Shown here: piece after piece, positions 48,325 to 61,669 of the stretch
How positions within the stretch are numbered: position 1 is the stretch's first letter
Layout: each line of letters begins with the position of its first letter
NCBI GenBank assembly: GCA_963693365.1
Contig: CAVNZM010000006.1
Coordinates: forward strand, 7,543,264-7,607,263
Length of the DNA: 64,000 nt
Source: Amoebidium appalachense
Lineage: Eukaryota; Protista; Ichthyosporea
Direction: 5' to 3'
Position numbers and translations under genes: made by a program
The notes under the pieces: generated by a model
What the model was told of the DNA's origin: nothing
The model's database searches: none
Seen by the model: only the letters and a program-made list of their open reading frames with translations

Positions 48325-49213
48325 GGAGGGAGGAAGGAAAACAAAAAAAAAAAAAGAAACAACAAATAAGACAAGAAAAACACCACTTGGACACACCATT
48401 TCACGTACACATCACATACATACGTGATAAATGGAACAGGGTGGCCACAAGCAATTAGCGACCCTTGCTACCATCCCAATGTTAAGAGAGCTCAACGGCG
48501 TTTGCACTTGCCCCCCCCCCCCCCCCCCCCCCCCTCCCCTCCCTACACCCCTACACGCACACACATACACACACTCTCTCACATACGCCCTCCCTTCCTC
48601 ATACACGCATAGGTTGCCTGCAAGGAGGTGTGTACGTCCCGACTTCATTAAACGAAAAGGATGCCGGAAAAAAAGAAAAAAGAAAAGAAAGAAAGGAAAA
48701 AGAAAAGATCGTGGGGCTAGGTTGCAGACATCAAATGAACAGAAAGGCTCTTCAAAAGGCCAAAGGGAAGGCGAGTGTGTGCGTGTGTGTACTGCTTGTT
48801 TTCTATTTTGTTTTTGTTTGCTTTTTGAGGAGGGGGGAGGGGAAGGAGGGGGGAGAGGGGGGACGGGGCTGACCGGATTATGTTACCATAGATGAAGTAC
48901 ACATTAGCAACATCACACACTTATTGCAAGCCAAACAAAGAATGCACATCGTCAGCAGAGCCCATCCTCAAATGACGCCCATGTCTCCACGGTACCCGGG
49001 GGGGGGGGGGGGGGGGGGGGGGGGAGGATGCGGTATACGGTACGAAGCACAACTACACAATGGAGCAACACGGTGCAGGGCACATGCGAAGGCAGACATT
49101 CGAGTATGCAGCATCAACAAGGCACGCAGTATACGAAATAAGCAGAGCCCATCCTCAGGGAAGGGAAGGAGGGGGGGAGGGGGAAGTGCGGGAAGACAGA
49201 CGGGGGAGGTTGT

Positions 49214-49263
<50 letters not shown>

Positions 49264-49384
49264 GGGAATAAACAAGAAGGGGGTTTACCTTGGCGCTGGG
49301 CAAAGGCAATGGCATCCTCCTTGGTGGGGAACTCCATCTGAAGGTTGCTCAGCGGGTCGGCACTGCGTGTGTGTGCGTGTGTGC

Positions 49385-49458
<74 letters not shown>

Positions 49459-49482
49459 TGCGTGTGCGTGTATGTATGGGTG

Positions 49483-49530
<48 letters not shown>

Positions 49531-50151
49531 TGTGTGTATGTGTGTGTGTGTGCATGTGTGTATGTGCGTGTGTGTGTGTGTGAACGTGTGCGTGTGTGTG
49601 TGTACGTGTGTGTGTGTGCATATGTGTGTATAGGTGTGTGTATCTGCATGTATGTGCTTGTGTGTACGTGTGTGTGTGTAAGTGTGCATGAAGTGTTTGG
49701 GAGTGTATGTACATGTGCCTGTGCCTGTGCGTACGTGTACGTGTGTGTGCGTGCGTGCATGCAAGGGCACATGGCAGGAGCAGGGCCCTTCCGGGGGGGG
49801 GAGGGGGGAGGGGGGGGAGGGGAGAGGGGGAAGGGGGGAGGGGGTTGAGCCAAGCGTGCATGTGGATGCAGATCTCGCCCAATCGTGTGTGCAAACACAT
49901 GCATTATAATATCACACGCACCCATCCACTCACCCACCCGACCCACCCACCCACTTATCATTCCAGAAAACGCTGATCTGCCTGGCACATCAGCCCAAAA
50001 CGAATGAAAACACACGGCATAGGGGCTAAACAACGACGGCATAAACAAGGAAGGGGGAGAAGCTAGGAAGCGGTGATGCATGCCTACAGATTGTGTGTGT
50101 ACTTGTGCTTGTGTGTGTTATCTCTCTCTCCCTCTATCTTCCCCTCACCCC

Positions 50152-50182
<31 letters not shown>

Positions 50183-51750
50183 TGCTCGTCCGCGCACGCG
50201 CACGCGTGAACATGTACGCACGTGCGAATGTGTGTGTGTGTGCTTGTGTGCGTGTGTGTGTCGGGCTGTGCTGGTGTGTGCTTTGTACGTGTATGTCTGT
50301 AGGCTTGTGTGTGACTGTGAGCGAGGCCGCCCATGTGCACATACGCGTACAACCTCGATACCGGTGCAATGTGCACATGCAAATGTGTCCATACACATAT
50401 GATTGTGTGTGTGTCATTGATAAAACTTTGATTCTTCGCACGTTCGTATGTCTCCTCGTCCGTGTGTGTATGTGTATGCATGTTCGTGTGCGCATGCGCG
50501 TGCACGCATGCGCTTGCGTACATGCACGTGTGTGAGTTCATGCTTGCACATAGCACGTGTTTAAGTGCATGTGTGTACACATGCACCATCGTGTGTGAGC
50601 GCTTGTGTGCAAGTGCACGGGGCCTACTCGATGCATGCACGTTCACGTATGAATGCATGTGTCTACATGCACGTGTGTATGTGTGCACCTGCACGGGTGT
50701 GAGTGCATGTATGAAAGTTTGCACGTTCATGCATGCACGTGCACAGTACCCTACCTGGAGCACCAGCCCATCATGGGGTTCTCCCACCGCTCCCTGGCCT
50801 CAAAGTCGAGCCTCCACATCCTGTTGCCCCCCACACCGTCAACACCAGAAAAATGGCCTCAAGCCACCACACGCACTCAACCACATCATGCACACACATT
50901 TCTTAACATGCACACAAGCACACACGGCCTGCCTGCACCCACATGCACACGTACACACGCACGCACGCACGCACACCGGCCTGCTCGCACCCACACGCAC
51001 ACGCACATTCAAGCCCCTGCACACAACTGTAGAATCACCATGTCCCCACAGCTACTCAATATATGTGATTCTAAAGCCATTACGAGCCATGCTGATCTCC
51101 CCGTCCCCCAGACACACACCCCCAAAACACACACACACGTGCGCGAAACACACACGTGCGTGCGACACACACCCCCAAAACACACACGGCGCGCACATGT
51201 GTGCGTGCGTGCGTGTGTGTGCATGTGTACGTGTGTGTGTGTAAGTGTGTGTGTGTGTGTGTGTGTGCGTGTGTGTGTGCGCACGCGTGTATGTATATGT
51301 GTGTGTACAGGCACTCACAACCATCTCACGTACTGATGCAGATGCTTACAAACCCTCTCTATCTCTCTCTCTCTCACTCTCTCTCTCCCCCCCCCCCCCC
51401 CCCCCCTCCATCCCCTCCCCCCTCCCCCCCCCCCGCACACACACACACACAAAAAACCCCCACCACCACAAACACACCTCAGCTTCATATTCCCCACAGC
51501 ATTCTTTCCAGCCTTTAGCTAAACAGCAGGTTCGTTTACACAAACCGAAAAACGGCTCATTCCTTCCACCCACAAACACACAAGCTCCTCCCGACAGTAA
51601 CATGTGCCACAACCACACACCCTTTCTAACGTGCCCTTGTTATGTAGTTATCAACCCGAAGGGAGGATGGCATTAAGGTGGATGGCACATGTGCTGGTGT
51701 GCGTGTCGGAAAGTGTCTGTGTCTGTGTGTCTGTCTGTCTGTCTGTCTGT

Positions 51751-51809
<59 letters not shown>

Positions 51810-51956
51810 GATAGAGAGAGAGGGAGAGAGAGAGGGGGAGGGGGGAGGGGGGGGTTTTGAATGCGTCAAAAAGTACGAAGTACACAAGAACAAACGGATA
51901 ACACGATGCAGAATGCAAGCCATACATAAAGAGTATGCATAATAAGCAGAGCCCAT

Positions 51957-51988
<32 letters not shown>

Positions 51989-52483
51989 GAGAGAGAGAGA
52001 GAGAGAGAGGGCAAACCTAAAAGCAAGGAACAAGAGGGAAAACACGCACTTTGTGCTGAAGATACCCTGCTGCATTGCCGTGCGTGCGGGCTTGTAGACC
52101 TGTGCCACCCGGCCGTGGTACTCGGCTGGCAGCCCGTTGGTGACCCTGCACACCCATTACGTGTCAGCCAAAACGAACAAGTACATGAGCATGGTGCAAG
52201 AGGGAGAGAGGGTGTGTGTGTGTATGTGTGTGTGTTGGGGGGGGGGGGGGGGGGGGAGGGGGAGGGGGGGGGGGGGGGGTGAGTGTGAGTGTGAGTGTGA
52301 GTGAGAGAGTGAGTGAGTGTACGTGTATGTATGTGTGTGTGTGTGCGTGTGTGTGCATGTGAAGGTGTGTATATAAGCACGTGCAGACATGTAACACACA
52401 CACACACACACACACACGGCAAAAGCGAGTAAGAGAGAAATGTGATGTGTGTGTGTGTGTACGCCCGCAAACACGGTGCACGA

Positions 52484-52542
<59 letters not shown>

Positions 52543-53762
52543 TACGTGTGTGTACATGTAAATGTGTGTGTGCGCGCCCGCGTGCGTAAGTGTGTGTGTG
52601 TGTGCGTGTGTGCGTGCGCGCGCATGCGCGCGGTTGCGCACGTGTGTGTGCGTGCGTGCGTGCGTGCGGACCTGCAACACAACCAAACATACGCACAGAG
52701 ATAGAAAGTGTTTATGGGTATGGTTGCTTATGATGTGTGTGATCACTCAATAAAACACTGCACGAAATAAGGGGTGGGAAGGGGGAGAGGAAGAGAGGGA
52801 GAGGGAGAGGGAGAGGAAGAGGGAGAGGAAGATAGAAATAGGCAGACAGATCGACAGGCAGACAGAGAGAGATATGGGACAGGGGGAGGGGGTTTGTATG
52901 TGTCATAAAGAACGAAGTACACAAGAACAACGGATAACACGATGCAGAGTGCAAACCATACATAAAGAGTATGCATGAAAAGCAGAGCCCATCCTCAGGG
53001 GGGGGCCACGTCATCCACGGGTGAGAAAGAGGGGGAGGAGGGGGGGAGAGGGGAGCAAAGAAGGAGAGAAAAGATAGCGAGAGAACAAGAAAGAGAGAGA
53101 GAATGTGTGTGTGTGTGTCTGTGTGTGTGTGTGTGTCTGTGTGTATGTGTGTGTGTGTGGGAATGAGTGTGCATGCGTGAGTGAGTATGTGTATGTAAGT
53201 GAGAGAAAAGGTAAATAACTGCCAACATCCATGGTAATGAGCTGGGGAATTCTCTGTTGTCTTCATGCCCGAAACAACATATGTAGATTTGACTCTCTAA
53301 ACCAAACCATAGCATACGAACGAGTCACTCAAAACCCTGTGAGAAAAGACATCTTCCTCTGTCCCCTTGAATAAAAGAACATCAAATTTACGTCGCACCT
53401 AAGCCTTGGACTTCAAAAACATGAAACCAAGCAAAAGGAACTATAAAGGCCCTCGAGCCTTCGACAGGGTCGAACAGAAGAGAGATAATCCAAGAATCGC
53501 CTCACCACACCAGCACACGCACAACAACGATCGCTTCCTCATTGTAGCTCCCAACACGTTTTTCCTACACTTTCTGGACGTCAAATCAAGCAGGATTTAC
53601 TCACGCAAGATCGACGGCAGGGCCCCAGTTCTGGACAGCAGCGGAAGTATCAGCCGCAGCCTCAGGAACCTTTGCGTCTGTGGCCAGCCCACACACCCGA
53701 ACCCCGGCAGTGGCCCAGAGCCGCTGCGCTGCCGGCCGTGTCTGAGCTACAAGCGACAGCAT
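47449..53762 (-). CDS. NDUFS4: NADH:ubiquinone oxidoreductase Fe-S subunit 4 (18 kDa), mitochondrial, 166 aa
   Basis: Exons 53762-53605, 52145-52050, 50820-50755, 49362-49289, 47555-47449 (501 nt). Sequence [78 protein letters not shown]. Arg/Ala-rich presequence-like N-terminus. Confidence 0.97.
47765..48530. repeat. Recent tandem duplication of about 390 bp in the last NDUFS4 intron
   Basis: Two nearly identical units (about 47765-48140 and 48160-48530), each ending in a poly-C run. Confidence 0.9.
48870..49159 (-). mobile_element. Two adjacent truncated copies of the poly-C-associated retroposon (CTGAGGA subfamily)
   Basis: GCAGAGCCCATCCTCA at about 48955 and about 49142; the copies are separated and flanked by G-runs (poly-C on the minus strand). 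Confidence 0.75.
51854..51956 (-). mobile_element. Short copy of the poly-C-associated retroposon embedded in a C-run
   Basis: Essentially identical over about 100 bp to the reverse complement of 12041-12141; G-runs on both sides. Confidence 0.85.
52893..53020 (-). mobile_element. Truncated copy of the poly-C-associated retroposon (CTGAGGA subfamily)
   Basis: Reverse complement GTGGATGACGTGGCCCCCCCCTGAGGATGGGCTCTGC..TGTGTACTTCG aligns with 12015-12141; degenerate C-runs on both sides. Confidence 0.85.
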
Positions 53763-54559
53763 CTTGTCCTGGGGAACAGAGTGATTAGAAACTTAAAACG
53801 GTCTCAAGTTCTCCTAGCATCTGTTGGTGAGTTGCTTGATGAAAGGGACTTCATTTAAATCTGCGTAGAAGAGCTGGGCATTTCCAGGGCACTCGCAAGC
53901 GTAAACAACAACGAACGGCAGAAGATGTAGTATGCGCCAATCGAAAAGTTAAACCCGTATGAGTGACTGCTAGGTCACGGAGAGCCCTCTGTGTTTCCAT
54001 ACACAGTGCTTGTTACTTGTGTGCTGTTAAGTTAAAATTATGCTGGTTTGATTAAAGTTCAGTGTTTGACGAACAAACTTCTGCCATTCTGCTAGGGGAT
54101 TCGAAGCTCTGCTGAATATCCGCATTCCACTCGCAGGTGCAGCATCTTCCTCCGCGCGAGACCCTACGGTGTTCTAAACTCCCGTAAGTAAACCTTCTCC
54201 ATCCCAAGCTCGTCCGTCAAATGCACTGAAAACATGAAAAGGCCATGCGCCTCCTAGGGTAGAGATTTCCTTGCAGCTTTCTTGCTCCAACGTTACCCTG
54301 TAAAAACCAAAACACCGCACCTTTGCACGCCTATATCTCTCTCTTGTGTAAGCAAAACATCTATGCTTTTTTCTCACCTTTTGCGCCTGCAACTTGCTTG
54401 GTGAGTGTTCGACGGACGACTGGCTTGAAACTGGCGGCCGGTGAGGTAGTCTCTCACTTGGGCCCTTCACTCAGCAAAAATGGACAATTGATGGAGTTAC
54501 ATTTTAAGACTATTTTTACAGCTAATACTTGCGCAAGATATTGGAGACTGATTGGCTTG

Positions 54560-55050
54560 CTGCGCATCGCCGGATATACATGTCGAGACACAATTCACCG
54601 ATCTCAGATCTAATTGGCCAAAAAGTGGGGCCTAAAATCGGGGCCAAATACTAATCTACAGCCTCTCAAAGCCAATTTATTTTCGATTTCACTTAGAAAC
54701 AAGGTTTTCACCCTCTAAGTTGTAGGAAATATAAAGACGCGCAAAGTTGATATACATAGGCGGTCTGGGGTGTCCGACGTCTTCTTCAACGTCAAAATCA
54801 GCTAAAACCAGCCAAAACCGCCTACCACCTTGCCTCGAGGTCGATCGTCTATATTGAAATTATGGTTTTTGCCTGTTTTCGCTACGAAATAGGCGCCGGA
54901 TACCCCATATTACTTATGCAAAAATTGCTTGTCGCTTTGTTTATTAAATTATTTATTAATGGAGCAAAACCCCTTTTCTATTCAAATTATTGATTTAAGC
55001 ATTATAAGCAGGATTTGGTATATGACCGCCGATCACTCAGCCCTTCATTT
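54560..55050 (-). mobile_element. Diverged non-autonomous (MITE-like) element; relative of 42370-42900
   Basis: Inverted, colinear similarity to 42370-42900; AAAAAGTGGGGCC near its left end. Confidence 0.6.
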
Positions 55051-55143
55051 CGCCCGTTCGGCTGGCTGGATCTCCCTAGAGCGAAGCAAACACATTGAGA
55101 TTCTCAATTAGTAAATCTAAATTGGTCTAATGTAAGTCTGTTA

Positions 55144-56714
55144 GGGCCTGTTTGGCAACCCGGGTTTAGGGTCCTAAATCCGGATTACGGGCGATTTTGG
55201 GTTTAGCGCTAAATCCAAATCTCAAAATCCAGCCGCTGCCAAACAGACGGCCAGATCCGGTCACGTAAATCTGGGTTTCAAACCCCTCGGACATGGCCGT
55301 AATCTGGATTCCACTAATCGTGGATTAGCGCGAAATCCTTTCAGGTCCTGAATGTCCGACCCAATGAATGTTCATTTTATGGAACTATATATGGTGTCCT
55401 TTTGCACCAATCGTCGATAGTTTGAAGTGGCCAAAAAAGGATTGTTGAAAGGGCGCCAATTTCTTTCTTTTTTTTGTTATGGTGTGGGCGGGGGGATAGT
55501 GCAAGAAACATCTTTTACGTGTAGAAGTGAGTATGATGTAGTGATCACCGTTTGAAATCATTGTTTTAGTGTTCGGCCTCGCCGCCTGGTGCAGCATTAG
55601 TAGGAATACAAAAGTACTCAGAATGACCTTTGCAACATCATGTGCAGAAAGGTGTGTGTGTGTGCAGTTTTTTTCTTTTCTTTTACCTACTATCTTTCTT
55701 TGAGGGGGGGGGGGGGGGGACGGGGACGGGACGGACACATGTCACTGCACGATTCAGTGCTCATTTACTATTCACCAGGCACCCTGTGCCCTGCTCGTGT
55801 AGTCAACCCACATAGCTGCAGCAATTTGATCTCTTCTGGCATCTGCCTCTGCCTCGTCTTCTTGTTGGTTTTGGTTGCCCCTGCCTAACACAGAGTTAAA
55901 AAACATCAAGGCCTTTACATCAAGCATACAGTCTTATAAATCATCCCCCTACCCACCCCCTCCTTTCCCCTGGTTCCCCACACACACCAACAACGCTGCC
56001 GCCGCTCAGAGGCACACTCCATCCCAACTCGAGCAATATCAGTCACACCACAAAAACCACATCAAAAAAACGTGCAGACGCACACTCCAACCCATCTTGA
56101 CCCGTTGCCCACCACAAAACCAGAGAACAAAATAAAAACAAAAATAACTGAAAAACTGGTAGAGGAAGAGAAACAAAACCAAATGCAACCAAAGACTTAA
56201 CCACGTGTAGGCAAGTTGTGCTGCTCTTCGTCTGAGTAGTGGCCATGCTCCTCCGCGTTGTGCTTTTTTATAAAGTTCATAAGTAGAAAACACACAAGAA
56301 TGATCTTCGAGAGCATCTTAGGACAGTAGTTGGTGGCTTTCTGGAGTATCTGAAAGCGGTTTTTCAGCATACCATAGAACCGCTCAATGACCACCCGCGC
56401 CTTGGCATGCCTCAGGTTGAATAACTCCTTCGCATTCTGAGGACTAGAACACGACACATGAATAGACAACACCAGACACTTCAACATCAATATGACAGTG
56501 TGTGTGTGCGCGTGGCTGTTTGTGTGTGTGCATGTTCGTTTAGTGTGTGCACGCGGGCATGACCCGTGCGGGCACACGCGGACGCATGTGTGTGTGCGTA
56601 TTTGTACACGTGAGTCTGTGTAGGTGTTTGTGCATGCGCGCACGACCTTCAGGTTGGATGTGTAAACTATCTATCTCTCTTTTTCTCTCCCTATCCACTC
56701 TCTCTGTGCATGTG

Positions 56715-56794
<80 letters not shown>

Positions 56795-56894
56795 TGTGTG
56801 TGTGCAGATCAAAAGGAAACAGGAAAAGCACACTTTTTTACAGATGTAGGGAGGGAGTGATGGGTCGAGGGGCCTTCTTTTTTGGGGGGAGGGG

Positions 56895-56933
<39 letters not shown>

Positions 56934-58268
56934 CTAAATACGCCATTGCTCCCGTCCCGTACTCCTTCAGATGATAGCGGACTCCTCTGTAGGGTGCCAA
57001 AATTTCGTTTGTGTTCGGGTAGCCCTGGTCACCCAGGTAAACTTTCCCCGTCGGCACACGTAAATTTTGTGGAGGGGGCTGCTCGAGGGCACAGTTCAAC
57101 ACTGTGCTGTCTGCACCACATCCCTCCCCACCGGGCAAACAATATGTGGAATATGCTTCCCAGTCGCATGCACCCAATACATTTTGTGCTGTGAAACCTT
57201 TCCTGCACCGATACCGATCAGCAGCCTCCGGTTTGACCTTGCACGGAACAAGAGTGCCATCAACTGCCCCGAGAACAATACGGAAGTAAGGCCAAAACTC
57301 AGGGTTTTCACGCACCCAACTAGGCACCATATATGACTCATCGGGTTGAATCATGTATTCTTCCCCGAGAGCAGCAAGCGTGGCATCGATGCCTTCTCGA
57401 AAACGCCTGCAGCACACAATGATGTCTGATTATTTTCCACATTCCTACATATAAGCTTCATTGAAAACAACAGCAAAACCTTGAGACAGTGCACGCGCAC
57501 GTGCACCCTGGACAGTGGAACACAACCCATTCGGAGCATTGTTGTTTAACAAGCACAGACAAATGCTGCAAACACACAGCCAATAACATAATTCAACAGG
57601 GCAGGAGTCATAGCACTACATACCGGCTCACGGTCTCGGTGCTGTGTTGGAAACGTTCGGCAACGTTCCTGACTGCAACACCCTGCCCAAGGGTATACAG
57701 CATCATGCAGGTAACTTCCTGAGCGTCCATGTTATCACTCTCTTCAATGAATGGAGCCAACTTCTCAATTAACTCCCTTGCAACATATGGACTCACGCGT
57801 AGGACATCGTTCACCCTTGTCTCGTGAGCTGTGCCAAGCAGTTCTTGCACATACTCTCTACCACTGAGCGGGGAAGTACGACAGGGCTCTTTGAGCTCTG
57901 GGCTATAGGTCAAGGCTGCAATCGCAGCCAAAACGGCTATGTTCCGGGCTGCATACATGGTGAGTGTCTCAAATAAAACCGTATACAACTCAGCACTTTC
58001 GTGGTTTATTACTGCTTATCACTATGGTGTATATGTGTAGCGGGTCTGCAATTGCAAGTCACCGACCGGTGATGAACAGCGTGACAGCTGCAGAGCAAAT
58101 CTAACCCTAAATCGTACGTGGGCTGTTTGGCATCCATGGGTTATCTACCCGGCTTAACCCAGGTTTCGGCTGAGATCCGGATTCTGCAGCATAATCTGGA
58201 TCTCGATTTTGATATCCAGATATCCCCCGAAATCCAGATTACACTAACCCGCGTTGCCAAACAGGCCC
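55144..58268 (-). mobile_element. PIF/Harbinger DNA transposon, complete, 3125 bp
   Basis: Perfect 16-bp TIRs GGGCCTGTTTGGCAAC / GTTGCCAAACAGGCCC, TTA target-site duplication (55141-43, 58269-71), subterminal AATCC/GGATT repeats, internal transposase gene. Confidence 0.96.
55772..57958 (-). CDS. PIF/Harbinger DDE transposase (DDE_Tnp_4-like), 4 exons, about 384 aa
   Basis: Exons 57958-57624, 57406-56942, 56443-56202, 55884-55772 (1155 nt, in frame). Motifs ERFQHSTETVSR, GAVDGT, RKGFTAQNVLGACD, GGEGCGADSTV, YLGDQGYP, PYRGVRYHLKE, ELFNLRHAKARVVIERFYGMLKNRFQIL, RDQIAAAMWVDY. Confidence 0.93.
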
Positions 58269-59683
58269 TTAGACTTCAGATTGGAATTCCCTTTGATCGA
58301 GTAGCAAAACCCATTTTTCTAAACGATGCTCATGGTCAGTGCCCGAAAGATCGTTATAACAGCGCGGTCGAATACAGCACGCGCGCGCCAGCTCTTTTTT
58401 GGCCAATATCGCCAAGATTTCACGACGTATTTGGAAGCGGGGCCCCCCGGGCCCCGTGTATACGCGCGTTGCCAGTAGGGCCCGAACATGGTGCTGACGC
58501 TGCTGGCAGTTCCATTTGTTTATAATATGCTTATCATAATGACTAGTTTTCTATTTCCTGTAAAGAAATCAAAGTAAAGAAAAAAGGTAAGACTATTGCC
58601 AATGATGTAATCGTGTGTAAGCGGGGCCCCGCGTTACCCAATTGAATCTCGTAATAATTATGTACGGCGTCACGGCAGTAGGTCACGTAATCGATATCAT
58701 ACGATTTTGCGTTTTGCGATTTGCAATTCATCAGGCTCCAGTTATCATACATCGGAAGCATGATCGATGCCCTACTTTTTATTACAACAAAAGGCCCGGT
58801 ATTAAGCGCCAAATGTAGGAGTTTAGGGCATCCACGAGAGAGCGTTTTGGAACACTGCTTATTTTGTAGATAAATGCGGGGCGATAAGGGATTGCAGCAG
58901 CTTTCAATGCATGTACAGTAGTGAAAGTGCGATCAAAACATATATCGAGGTGATCTCCCCTCTATGAGATCGCTGGGGCGATTATTATCATCTACATATT
59001 ATCATGAGAATCTGGGGCAGGCCTCGTTTCTATTGGCTCATGCGTGGACTATTTATGTTGCCACACTCCGATTGGGTGCAGCATAACTCCTGCAACAGGG
59101 GGTTCAAATGTTTTGATACGTTTTTTTCAATTGAAGATATTTATTGCATTGGTAAGTTTGCGACATTGACAAATTTGCCTCGTATGCTGTTGAGCAAGGG
59201 GGAGACATGCCAGTATTCACTTTCACGTTTTTCCGCATACAAAACGAAAACGGCTCGCACGGCTCAGCTTGCGTCAGAGTAAGGGCACGAGTTTTGGTAC
59301 AGTTGTGTCCACTTCTAACTCCTTGCGTCTTGTAAGGTGAGTTTTCTTGAACTCGAGGTGAGCGTTCTTTCGCTTGCCTATATCATCGTATGGCATCTTT
59401 TCTGCTGAGGCAACATGTTTTTCCCCTACCTGTTCCATATTTAGCAAGCTCTCTAAACCCCCCAATATAGAGTGTACTGATAGTCCTACATCAGATACCC
59501 ATACTTGTGCCATCCCCCCTGTCGGCACCCCCCTCCCGTGACTCCCCCTGGCTCTCCAACAGTTATAAATAGACACATAAACACTCTCTCAGCAACATTG
59601 CTGCGTGGTTTAAACGTTCTTCTCCATGTACATTTTTCCTCCCACCCCTCTCACCTTCCCTTCCGCTCGATCAGCTCACCACC

Positions 59684-60330
59684 ATGGCTTTCCTACTGCG
59701 CAACTACCGCTACTACACCACCAGAGAACATGAGCCCGAAGTGGACGCAGAGATTCCTCCCGGAGATGAGGCAAAGTATTTTAAGGTAACCCTCCAACCC
59801 CCTTCGCCCCACCTCCCCCCTCTCAGGCATTCACCCCTGTTCTAGCATACCTCCCTTCCGTCTCCCGGTGAATGGGGTCAATTGGGAACACGCTATACTT
59901 TGGTGTCTGGGATATTCGCGCCAGTTCCTGTTTTCTGTTTCCTCTGTGTGTGACACGGGAGAAATGCCTGTGAACGCGGTGGTCATGCCTTTACACAAGT
60001 ACAGTTGGTGTTTTGGTTAGCCTGTTTACCGTTGAAGACCTCGCCACCTTATGATCTTAGTTGTACTTTTAAAAGCCTGCCCTTTCACCCCAACCGTTCT
60101 CTTCCCCATCATCGACACTCTCACTCAGATCTCGCCTCTTGTTGCAGTGCTAACCATGCTGATCTTGGTAAAAAACATCCTAAGATGACGATATACTATC
60201 ACTATGCTCAAACCCCCCCCTCATACGCGCACAAACAAACACACCAGACACGCATGCGCGCGCACACACGCGTACACACATAGAGACACGAATCACACAA
60301 ACCACTACCACACGTGCACACAAACGTGAT

Positions 60331-60380
<50 letters not shown>

Positions 60381-61608
60381 AGAAAGAGAGAGAGAGAGAT
60401 ATACATACATACATACACACACACTAACACACACACACACACACACATGCACACACACACACGCCTCACCTGCGCAGGGGCCTTCATCCAAGATGAACCT
60501 GTACCATCAGTCCTGGGAGCCACAGGGGCAGGCTAAAGGTACGTGTCCTGTTAAGTTAATTATCAATAAAAGGTTGTGATTGGATTTCATATTATAACCT
60601 ATATGTGGTAGTTCTAGATCATGGTCCTCCCATGTACTTTTTCTTCCCCCTGTCCCCCCTCCCCCCCCCCTGCCTCGGCACCCCCCTTCCCCCCCTGCCT
60701 CCCTCCGTGGGAGGTTGGGCAAGCAACGAGTAAACTTTTTCACTCCCGGAGGCCTTACGTAGTGATCCCTTTTATGAGTTTGTCTATATTTGCTTTTTGC
60801 TTACCACTGCAGCCTTAACCTCCCACATTTTCCACTTCTCCTACTTTCTAGTTGCACGAGTAACCCTGATCATCCCTGCTTCTCTGTTGAAAACGGATGA
60901 CCCACCCTCGCGTGAATGAAACAGTAACTCATTCGGGTTTTTGCTCGCTAGTTGGGGAAAATGGCTGAAATTAGTGTGCCGTGTATTATTCGGAACCCTC
61001 TCGTGTGCACAGGTTTTGTTGCAAACTCTTATCGGTGTGTCCTTTGTGCATAACATTACGTTAACCAATGTATGTTGTACTTACTGCTATGTATTGCATG
61101 ATACCCCCCTCCCCCCTCCCCCCCTCCTCCCCCCCCCCCCCCCCCACCCACCCACCCACACCCCCAACCCCATCCACACACACACACACACCCTCCACAC
61201 CACAATGACCACTTCCACATACACCTACCGCCAGTCACTGACATTTACTGGCACCTATTCATATGTGCGAACACACATGACAAAAACACACACACACACA
61301 GATGTGTGAAGACACACCACACCTACACACAGGCATAACACCAGGATATACCTGCAGATATACATGTACACACCCTCCCCCCTCCCCCCCCCCCCCCCCC
61401 CCCCCTCCCTTCCCGTCACTACCACCAGTAACTTGCACACAGACACACACACGCACACACATACACACACACACACACAGGTGTTGTGTTTGTGTTCCAT
61501 GGGTACTGCGAGCACTCGTCTGCCCCCAACTATGTGGATGGGATAGTGCCCCAGCTGACTGGGCTGGGCCTCCGCGTGTTTGCAATGGATTCTCAGGGCC
61601 ACGGTCGC

Positions 61609-61669
<61 letters not shown>

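Noticed and set aside
42370-55050. Giant TIR element capturing NDUFS4
   Set aside because: The two inverted copies are strongly diverged, each seems to have its own termini, and no TSD was found. Independent insertions are the simpler explanation.
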